NCBI GenBank assembly: GCA_016201765.1
Contig: JACQCE010000062.1
Location: 11,419-75,418 of the forward strand
DNA from: Nitrospirota bacterium
GTDB taxonomy: Bacteria > Nitrospirota > Nitrospiria > JACQCE01
Length of the DNA stretch: 64,000 bases
Direction of reading: 5' to 3'
In this document: in pieces, positions 56,618-64,000 of the stretch
Position numbering within the stretch: position 1 is the stretch's first letter
Layout of the letters: the number at the start of each line of letters is the position of its first letter
Made by a program: the position numbers and the translations under genes
The notes under the pieces: model-generated
The model's database searches: none
What the model was told of the DNA's origin: nothing
What the model saw: only the letters and a program-made list of their open reading frames with translations

Positions 56618-57616
56618 TCAGGTCAGATTCCATTTGAGCATGACCATCGCATCGCGCATGCTGCCGCCGGTTTCGCGCATGACGGTCGGCTCCACGCTGC
56701 AGTGCATCATGCAATTGGCACACCGGGGATCCTCCCGGCGCTCGAATTTTTCCCAATCCGTCTGGGCCATCAATTCCTCATAGCTGTTGTAGTGGCGGTC
56801 GGTGATCAGATAACAGGGCCCCTTCCACCCCTTGGGGTTGACGGTGGGATTGCCCCACGGCGTGCAGTCAAAGTGCCGTTCCCCGCGCAGGAACTCCAGA
56901 TACAACGGGGTATTCATGAAACGAAACCGCTTGCTCCATCCCGACAACCGGCGGAATTTGTCGTAAATGCCCTGGCGGTCCAGAAAAATATCATCATGGA
57001 TGGCCTGATAGGCGTAGCCCGGCGCGATCAACATGCCGTCGACACCGGCCGCGGTCAGTTCCTTGCACAGCCCCTCGATCTCGGCCATGTCGGTCTCTTT
57101 GTAAACGGTGGTGTTGGTGATCACCCGGAACCCCTGCGCCTTGGCCGTCTTGATCGCCGTCAGATCGATCTGATAGAGCCCCTTCCGTCCACGGGTCACG
57201 TCGTGCGTCTGTTCGAGACCGTCCATCGACACATTGATGGTGAAATAGGGGCTCTTGGGGAACTTCGGCAGAAACTTTTCCAACCCGATGGCGTTCGTGC
57301 ACAGATAGAGGTGCCGTTTGCGATCGACGATGCCATTCACCAGCCCGACGATATCGGGGTAGATCAGCGGTTCGCCGCCGCAGACCGACACGATCGGGGA
57401 ATCGCAGCTGTCAACCGCGCCCAGACATTCCTCCAGCGTCATTTTTTCCCGGATCGTCTCCTTGTACTCCCGGATGCGGCCGCAGCCGTCACACGCCAGA
57501 TTGCACGCGTGCAGCGGTTCGAGCATCAGCACCAGGGGGAAGCGCTTCCGCCCCTTGAGCCGGTTTTTAACCAGATGTTTGGTGATCGACCACGTCAACT
57601 GAATCGGAAACCGCAT
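56618..57616 (-). CDS. hpnH: Adenosylhopane-forming radical SAM enzyme
   Basis: FPLVLMLEPLHACNLACDGC, CTPWGNPT, CANCMMHC. Confidence 0.92.
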   Translation of the reverse strand: MRFPIQLTWSITKHLVKNRLKGRKRFPLVLMLEPLHACNLACDGCGRIREYKETIREKMTLEECLGAVDSCDSPIVSVCGGEPLIYPDIVGLVNGIVDRKRHLYLCTNAIGLEKFLPKFPKSPYFTINVSMDGLEQTHDVTRGRKGLYQIDLTAIKTAKAQGFRVITNTTVYKETDMAEIEGLCKELTAAGVDGMLIAPGYAYQAIHDDIFLDRQGIYDKFRRLSGWSKRFRFMNTPLYLEFLRGERHFDCTPWGNPTVNPKGWKGPCYLITDRHYNSYEELMAQTDWEKFERREDPRCANCMMHCSVEPTVMRETGGSMRDAMVMLKWNLT

Positions 57617-57790
57617 GTGCCACGCTTTCTGCCCGAACCGTGCCCGTCGGGCGCTGCTGTTGATGATGAAGGTCACTCAATGGGTGCCCCCCGCACGGAA
57701 CGCGCTGCACCACGCTCCGTCGGTCCATCGTGTTCACCGTGCGTGTTCACCGTGCCAACCACGCGTCAACTCTCTGAAATATAAGGGCTC

Positions 57791-57819
57791 ATTATAAAGG
57801 AAGCCCCGGGGCTTGTCAA
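57791..57819 (-). promoter_or_regulatory. Consensus sigma70 promoter of hpnH-shc-hpnG
   Basis: Minus strand TTGACA-N17-TATAAT; palindrome AAGCCCCGGGGCTT in the spacer. Confidence 0.75.
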
Positions 57820-57951
57820 TAAAGTCTCCAGTGTTTTCGATTTGGGAGCCGGTACCTTGACAAGACGGCGGGAAAAGATTATTACTGTACGCGGCATTGC
57901 TGAGCGCAATGCGATCAACACCATGTTCATAACGCGCACACCACACAGCTG

Positions 57952-58218
57952 ATGGCGGGCTTAAAAAAGGGGCCGGGGCTCTTCTTCCTTTTCGTGATCA
58001 TCGGGGGCTATCTGGGCGCGATCCTCGCCGAGATCCTCCGGCATGCGACGAGCAGCGGACCGCTCAGTGAGGCGTTCATCCGGACCATTCATCCCGGCAT
58101 CAGCCCCTTCACGCTGAATTTTGAGTTGTTCAACATCACCTTTGGGTTTTCATTCTCCCTGAACCTGCTCAGCGTGCTCGGCATCATCCTTGCGATCTAT
58201 CTCTATAAACAAGCGTAG
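57952..58218 (+). CDS. DUF4321-like small membrane protein
   Basis: Two TMs; PFTLNF..FNITFGFSFSLNLLSVLG. Confidence 0.75.
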   Translation: MAGLKKGPGLFFLFVIIGGYLGAILAEILRHATSSGPLSEAFIRTIHPGISPFTLNFELFNITFGFSFSLNLLSVLGIILAIYLYKQA

Positions 58219-58247
58219 ACTCGCCTCTTGTGTCCCTTCCCTAATCC

Positions 58248-60272
58248 TTACCCCGTCTTTTCTTCATTAATCCCTAATCCGCTTTCTCTCTCCAGCGCGC
58301 GTTCGGAGAGCGTGTTGATCCGGTCGCGCAGGCGCGCCGCTTCTTCAAACGCCAATCGTTGCGCCGCCTGCTTCATCTGCTCCCGCAGCGACTCGATAAG
58401 AGCGGGCAACTGTTCCGGGCTGACTTCTTCGGCGGGTTCGGCCGCGATCGGCACGGTTGAATAGTCGGCCTCATACGCCGCCAGGATCGGTCCCGGAATG
58501 TCCTTCGTGATCGAAGTCGGCGTGATGCCCTCCCGCCGGTTGTAGGCCTCCTGCACCGTCCGCCGGCGGTTCATCTCGCCGATGGCGTTGCGCATCGAGC
58601 CGGTCATCTTGTCCGCATAGAACAACACGGTGCCGTTCAGGTGGCGCGCCGCGCGGCCCGCCGTCTGGATCAGCGACGTCTCCGAGCGCAGATAGCCCTC
58701 CTTGTCGGCGTCCAGAATCGCCACCAGCGACACTTCGGGCAGGTCGAGCCCCTCCCGCAACAGATTGATCCCCACCAACACGTCGAATTTGCCCAGGCGG
58801 AGTTCGCGAATGATCTCCATCCGCTCCAGCGCGTCGATGTCGGAGTGCAGGTACCGCACCCGCACGCCCAGTTCGTGGTAGTACTCGGTCAGGTCCTCCG
58901 CCATCCGCTTGGTCAGCGTCGTCACCAGCACACGCTCCCCGTGTTCGGCCCGCCGGCGGATTTCATCGAGCAGATCATCCACCTGGCCCGTGGCCGGCCG
59001 CACCTCCACCCGTGGATCCAGCAACCCCGTGGGTCGGACGATCTGTTCCACCACGCGGCCGGCGGCGCGCCGCAACTCGTACCCGCCCGGCGTGGCCGAC
59101 ACCGCGATCACCTGGTGAATCATCCGTTCGAACTCGGCAAAGGTCAACGGCCGGTTATCGAACGCCGACGGCAGGCGGAAACCAAAATCGACCAGGTTGC
59201 GCTTGCGGGCGCGATCGCCCTCGGCCATCCCGCCGATCTGGGGAATCGTGGCGTGGCTCTCATCGATCACCAGGAGAAAATCCTTGGGAAAATAATCCAG
59301 CAGCGTGGGCGGCGGCTCGCCGGGCCGGCGGCCGCTGAGGTGACGGGAATAATTTTCGATCCCCTGGCAGTAGCCGATCTCGCGGATCATTTCCAGATCA
59401 AACCGCGTCCGTTGCTCGATCCGTTGCGCCTCCACAAGCCGGCCGGCCGCGGTAAACTCGGCGATCCGCGCCTCCAGTTCCGCTTCGATGCCCAGCCGCG
59501 CCCGCTCCATCCGTTCCGGCGAAATCACATAATGGCTGCCCGGATAGATCGCGACCTTGGACAACCGCCGCAGGACGACGCCGCGCAGCGGATCGAGTTC
59601 GGCCAGCGTCTCCACCCGGTCGCCGAACAGCTCGACCCGAATGCTCCGGCCCTCCTGCGAGGCGGGCACAATGTCGATCACGTCGCCGCGCGCGCGAAAG
59701 GCGCCGCGCTCAAGGGCGTCATCACTGCGCCGGTACTGGATCTCGACGAGCCGGGCGAGCAGTTCCCGCCGGCCGATCGTCATGCCCTCTTCAAGCGCGA
59801 TGAGCATCCCGTGGTAGGCTTCCGGCGACCCGAGGCCGTAAATGCAGGAGACCGACGCCACAATGATCACGTCGGTCCGTTCGAACAGCGCCGTCGTCGC
59901 CGCGTGCCGCATCCGGTCGATGGCGTCGTTGATCATCGTCTCCTTCGCAATGTAGGTGTCGGTCTGCGGCAGGTAGGCTTCCGGCTGGTAATAGTCGTAG
60001 TAACTGACGAAATAGTTGACGGCGTTGTGGGGGAAAAACCGCTGAAACTCGTGATAGAGCTGCGCGGCCAGGGTCTTGTTGTGCACCATGACCAGTGTCG
60101 GCTTCCGCACCCGGGCGATCACATTGGCGAGGGTGAAGGTCTTTCCGGAGCCGGTCACGCCCAGCAGCACCTGATCGCGACACCCTGATTGAATCCCCTC
60201 AACAAGGTGGTCTATAGCCGCGCCCTGATCACCGCGTGGCTCGAAGGATGCGGTCAGCTCAAAGGATGCCAT
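58248..60272 (-). CDS. uvrB: Excinuclease ABC subunit B
   Basis: [36 protein letters not shown]. Confidence 0.97.
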   Translation of the reverse strand: MASFELTASFEPRGDQGAAIDHLVEGIQSGCRDQVLLGVTGSGKTFTLANVIARVRKPTLVMVHNKTLAAQLYHEFQRFFPHNAVNYFVSYYDYYQPEAYLPQTDTYIAKETMINDAIDRMRHAATTALFERTDVIIVASVSCIYGLGSPEAYHGMLIALEEGMTIGRRELLARLVEIQYRRSDDALERGAFRARGDVIDIVPASQEGRSIRVELFGDRVETLAELDPLRGVVLRRLSKVAIYPGSHYVISPERMERARLGIEAELEARIAEFTAAGRLVEAQRIEQRTRFDLEMIREIGYCQGIENYSRHLSGRRPGEPPPTLLDYFPKDFLLVIDESHATIPQIGGMAEGDRARKRNLVDFGFRLPSAFDNRPLTFAEFERMIHQVIAVSATPGGYELRRAAGRVVEQIVRPTGLLDPRVEVRPATGQVDDLLDEIRRRAEHGERVLVTTLTKRMAEDLTEYYHELGVRVRYLHSDIDALERMEIIRELRLGKFDVLVGINLLREGLDLPEVSLVAILDADKEGYLRSETSLIQTAGRAARHLNGTVLFYADKMTGSMRNAIGEMNRRRTVQEAYNRREGITPTSITKDIPGPILAAYEADYSTVPIAAEPAEEVSPEQLPALIESLREQMKQAAQRLAFEEAARLRDRINTLSERALERESGLGINEEKTG

Positions 60273-60476
60273 GGGATCGATGGGCCGCAGGCCTCCCCGC
60301 CGCTAAAGACGCAGGGGATCACCAAAAACAGCCGTCCAACAACCTACAATATTTCAAGGGGTTCTGGCAACCTGTTTTTACCTTGACATCATCGAAATTC
60401 CGGGCGTATAGTGCCACAACTTCGTCGTCGATATTTTCGGCGAGGAACGACCGGTCGAGACCGGGAGGGCGCGTAC

Positions 60477-62525
60477 GTGGACAGCGAGGCGTGGACTCAC
60501 TGGCGGGAGATCCAGGAAGGGATCGCCGCGGCCACCGGCCTGTCTGTGGTCACGTATGACGCCCACGGCCGGATTGCCCTTTCCGCCCCCGCCTGCGACC
60601 CCAGCCACGACCACCCCATTTGCGGGCTCCTCCAGCACCAGTACGGCCACGCCGCCTCCTGCCATGCCCATTGCGGCAAACAGCTTGCCGCTGCGGCCGA
60701 GCGACAGGAGCCGATCGCGTTTACCTGCTATGCGGGCCTGCAGGTTTTTGCCCTGCCGATCTTTCACAACACCACACACGACATCGTGCTGCTGGGCGGC
60801 AAGCGCTTCACCTCCTTCGAGTCGATTGTCAAATTGCGCGAACTGGCCGACCGGCTTCCCGGCGATCCGGCCCCGCTGCTGAATGAATTGCACCACGCCC
60901 GGTTGAAAGAATCCCCCCTCCTCGCGCAAACGACCGGCCTGCTTGAGAAAATCGGCCAGACGTTTTTTGAAAACATCAGCCTGCGGAACCGCTCCGAACT
61001 GAAACTCAGCCGCCTGCTGACCCTCCTGTCGCTCTTTGAAGAAATCCGTGATGAAGAGTCGCGCCGCCAGCTCTATGCGCTGGTGCTCAACGCCCTGGGC
61101 GTCCTGTTCAATATCCGCACCGCGGCCGTGCTGTCCGCCGCAGGCGGATCGGAGGCGACCGACGCCGCCGCGTTCGCCCCGGTCGAACTGTTCGGGGAGA
61201 AACGCGAGCTCCTGGCCCGCCTGCGGGTGAATACAACCGAAGGATTGTTCCGGCGGTTTTTGGACGATCCCAAACCGACCTCCTGCGAGGTCGTGTTTGA
61301 ACTGCTGAAAAGCGGCCTGCCCGACTCGATCAGTTTGGTGCACCTCTTTCCGTTGACGCGGACCACCCCCCCTGGCGCGATCCTCGCCCTCTTCGACACG
61401 CCCCTGACCCGCGATGACGTCGCCTTGCTGGGCAGTTTCTGCGCCCATTTTTCGCTGACGCTCGAAAACCACGCCCTGCACCAGCGGCTGGACCATCACC
61501 GTCAACATGTGGCCGCCCTGACCGCGGCCATCGACAAAATCGGCAAAACACTCGACGCGGCACAGCTCTGCGAGACCATCGTGAGCGAAATGACCCGCCT
61601 GGTCGGGGCGGAACAGGGCTCGCTGATGATGCTCGACGACGAGCAGCGCGCGCTGGTCATCAAGGCGATCACCGGCGTGAACCGGAAAATCGTCGAGCAG
61701 ATCCGGATCCGCCCCGGCGACGGCATCGCCGGGAAAGTCTTCGCCACCGGCGCGCCGCTCGTGGTGGCCGATCTTGAGACGGACGGCCGGGTCCAGCGGG
61801 AAAAACGCCCCCGCTACAAGACCAAGGCGTTCATCAGCCTGCCGATGAAGCTGGACGGCCGGACGATCGGCGTCCTCAATCTCGCCGACAAAACATCGGG
61901 CGCCGCGTTCGGCGAGGAGGAGATCAGCCTGCTCACCACGCTCGCCACCTGCGCCTCCGTGGCCATCGAGCGCGTCGAGTTTCAACAGCAGACGGAGGAG
62001 CTCAAACGCATCTCCATCACCGACCCGCTGACCGGATTCCTCAACCGCCGCTACTTTCATGAACGGCTGATTGAGGAGATCGAACGGTCCAAGCGGCACA
62101 ACACGGCCATGTCGCTCGCCATCATGGACCTGGACGACTTCAAGCTGCTCAACGACACCTACGGCCACCAGGCCGGCGACGAGGCGCTGAAGGCCATTGC
62201 GCGCTGCGTACACGGCTCGATCCGGGCGATCGATGTCGCGGCCCGCTACGGCGGCGAGGAGTTCACGGTCGTCCTGCCGCAAACCGGCAGAGCGGAGGCG
62301 CGCGGGATCGCCCAGCGCATTTGCGAAGAAGTGGCGGCCATGACGATCAGCCACCAGCTGCTGGAGGGCTATGAACGGTTGACCATCAGCATCGGCCTCG
62401 CCACCTACCCGGACGACGCCAAGACACCGGAGGAGTTGATCCGCTGCGCGGACACCGCGCTGTACAGGGCCAAAGACGAGGGGAAGAACCGGGTCGTCGC
62501 GTATGGGGAAGAGCAAAAAAGGTGA
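60477..62525 (+). CDS. PocR-GAF-GAF-GGDEF diguanylate cyclase
   Basis: Cys-rich PocR-like N-terminus (C..C..C, FTCYAGL); GAF domain; RxxD I-site plus GGEEF; SD GGGAGG before GTG 60477. Confidence 0.88.
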   Translation: MDSEAWTHWREIQEGIAAATGLSVVTYDAHGRIALSAPACDPSHDHPICGLLQHQYGHAASCHAHCGKQLAAAAERQEPIAFTCYAGLQVFALPIFHNTTHDIVLLGGKRFTSFESIVKLRELADRLPGDPAPLLNELHHARLKESPLLAQTTGLLEKIGQTFFENISLRNRSELKLSRLLTLLSLFEEIRDEESRRQLYALVLNALGVLFNIRTAAVLSAAGGSEATDAAAFAPVELFGEKRELLARLRVNTTEGLFRRFLDDPKPTSCEVVFELLKSGLPDSISLVHLFPLTRTTPPGAILALFDTPLTRDDVALLGSFCAHFSLTLENHALHQRLDHHRQHVAALTAAIDKIGKTLDAAQLCETIVSEMTRLVGAEQGSLMMLDDEQRALVIKAITGVNRKIVEQIRIRPGDGIAGKVFATGAPLVVADLETDGRVQREKRPRYKTKAFISLPMKLDGRTIGVLNLADKTSGAAFGEEEISLLTTLATCASVAIERVEFQQQTEELKRISITDPLTGFLNRRYFHERLIEEIERSKRHNTAMSLAIMDLDDFKLLNDTYGHQAGDEALKAIARCVHGSIRAIDVAARYGGEEFTVVLPQTGRAEARGIAQRICEEVAAMTISHQLLEGYERLTISIGLATYPDDAKTPEELIRCADTALYRAKDEGKNRVVAYGEEQKR

Positions 62526-62617
62526 TCGGGTGATTAGGTGATCAGGTTACGCGGTCATGCGGAAAAGAAATGGCAAGGGCCTCTCCTTCCCCCAGTCACC
62601 TCATTACCTGATCACCC
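62521..62617. repeat. Octamer tandem-repeat hairpin at the convergent dgc/ftsY junction
   Basis: (GGTGATCG-like)x4 ... (TCACCT/TTACCT-like)n. Confidence 0.7.
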
Positions 62618-63546
62618 TCTTTACCCAACAACGCCTCCACAAACTGCTCCGCGTTAAAATCGACCAGATCCTCCGCCGATTCACCCACACCGATGCAGCG
62701 AATCGGCACGTTCAGTTCGTGCGCGATGGCCACGAGAATCCCGCCCTTCGCGGTGCCGTCCAGCTTGGTGACGACCACGCCCGTCACACCGACGGCCTCA
62801 TGAAAATATCTCGCCTGCGCCAGGCCGTTCTGTCCCACAGTCGCATCGAGCACCAGCAACCGTTCGTGCGGCGCCCCGGGCAGCGCCTTGCCGACCACGC
62901 GGACGATTTTTTTCAACTCCTCCATCAGGTTGGATTTGGTGTGCAGCCGGCCGGCCGTATCCAGACAGATCACGTCCGCGCCCCGGGCCACGCCGGCCTG
63001 CACGGTGTCGAACGCGACGGCGGCCGGATCGGCGCCCCCCTGCCTGGACGGCGGCTGGGCGATCACCTCCGCCCCGATCCGTGCTCCCCACACTTGCAGT
63101 TGTTCAACCGCCGCCGCCCGAAATGTGTCGGCCGCCCCCAACACCACACGACAGCCCGCGCGACGAAAACGCTCGGCCAGTTTGGCCGCCGTGGTCGTTT
63201 TGCCCGACCCGTTCACCCCCAGCAGCATGATGACATAGGGTTTCGCCGCGGTGATCTCCAGCGGCGACTGACAGGGCGCCAACCGCTCCAGCAACGCCGC
63301 CCGGACCGTCTCCATCGCCCGCCGATAGCCGGCTTCGCCGCGGGCCGGCGCCTCACCGAGCGTCGCGCGCACGCGGGCCATGATCGGATCGACGACGCCG
63401 ACGCCCAGATCCGCCCCCAGCAACAACGCCTCCACCGCCGCCAGATCGACCGGCGCCTCCGGGGCGCGGCCGATCAACCGCGCCAATCCCTCCGACAGCA
63501 GGCTGCGGCTCTTCTGCAGGCGTTGAAATACGCTGGACAGCTTCAT
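62596..63546 (-). CDS. ftsY: SRP receptor FtsY (NG domain only)
   Basis: GVNGSGKTT, DTFRAAA, DTAGR, TKLDGTAKGG. Confidence 0.96.
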   Translation of the reverse strand: MKLSSVFQRLQKSRSLLSEGLARLIGRAPEAPVDLAAVEALLLGADLGVGVVDPIMARVRATLGEAPARGEAGYRRAMETVRAALLERLAPCQSPLEITAAKPYVIMLLGVNGSGKTTTAAKLAERFRRAGCRVVLGAADTFRAAAVEQLQVWGARIGAEVIAQPPSRQGGADPAAVAFDTVQAGVARGADVICLDTAGRLHTKSNLMEELKKIVRVVGKALPGAPHERLLVLDATVGQNGLAQARYFHEAVGVTGVVVTKLDGTAKGGILVAIAHELNVPIRCIGVGESAEDLVDFNAEQFVEALLGKEGDQVMR

Positions 63547-64000
63547 CGCGGGCGTCGCAGGCCGCCCGTCACCTGCGTCCGCAAGCGGCGCTCCATCCGG
63601 CTCATGCGGACGGCCTCTTTCTTCGATCGTTCATGGTCGTAGCCGAGCAGATGCAAGTACCCGTGGATCAGCAGCCGGCAACATTCAGCCTTCAGATTTG
63701 TGCCGGCCTCGCGCGCCTGCCGTCGCGCGGTGTCAAGGGAAATGACCACATCGCCCAGGACCAGCGGCGCCCCTTTGTGTCCTGGCGGCACGGCCGGAAA
63801 GGCCAGCACGTCGGTGGGGCGATCCATCTTACGGTGGGCACGATTGATCCGGCGCATGCGCCGGTCGTTCACGAACGTGAGACCGATGCCGGCGTCGGAT
63901 CGATGAGTCAAGGAGAAAAGCTTACGGAGCAACCGACGGTAAAACCGCACATCAACCGGTACGCGACGCTGTCTATTGGCAATCTCGATAAAACTGCGAT
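63543..64000 (-). CDS. ybeY: rRNA maturation RNase YbeY (frame open to the window edge)
   Basis: PTDVLAF, LGDVVIS, IHGYLHLLGYDH. Confidence 0.93.
   Translation of the reverse strand, partial: RSFIEIANRQRRVPVDVRFYRRLLRKLFSLTHRSDAGIGLTFVNDRRMRRINRAHRKMDRPTDVLAFPAVPPGHKGAPLVLGDVVISLDTARRQAREAGTNLKAECCRLLIHGYLHLLGYDHERSKKEAVRMSRMERRLRTQVTGGLRRPR

Noticed and set aside
56526..56756. ORF-track N-terminal extensions for shc, and similarly rpe, cytochrome b, the bd-like subunit and cytochromes c
   Set aside because: They mostly overlap upstream genes or lack an SD; downstream starts fit family lengths better
42658..62516. Long ORFs 42658..44448, 58641..60188 and 60378..62516
   Set aside because: Antisense shadows of the bd-like oxidase, uvrB and diguanylate cyclase genes

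Overview
GC-rich bacterial chromosomal window, probably Nitrospirota. This is an inference from the archaeal-type PheRS, a CydB-less cytochrome bd-like oxidase clustered with a bc complex, hopanoid genes, ubiC/ubiA and FGE-like lipoproteins. Core genes: nadB, hsp20-clpB, Fis-like protein and HU, tRNA-Val, thrS-infC-rpmI-rplT facing archaeal-type pheST, def-fmt-rsmB-rpe, uvrB, ftsY, ybeY. Notable items: (1) tRNA-fMet split by a 664-nt group I intron whose PD-(D/E)XK homing endonuclease ORF runs into the ribozyme core. (2) A MITE-rich, apparently duplicated [MFS transporter + fusion gene] locus. Its two paralogous proteins have sensor-like topology (TM or signal, periplasmic helical repeats, TM) fused to an ErcA-like iron-ADH domain, and both have the same two metal-ligand His residues replaced. 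This is the best candidate for an undescribed system. (3) A ubiC-ubiA operon continuing into three FGE/SUMF1 proteins, one fused to two CxxCH hemes and keeping the FGE CxxxxC pair, facing a cytochrome c / bd-like oxidase / Rieske / cytochrome b operon. (4) Several small repeat elements: MITEs with target duplications, one repeat inserted in frame in a CDS, tandem 7/8-mer hairpins, and a low-GC islet flanked by a 107-bp gene-end duplication. All calls come from reading motifs by eye; no database searches were run.
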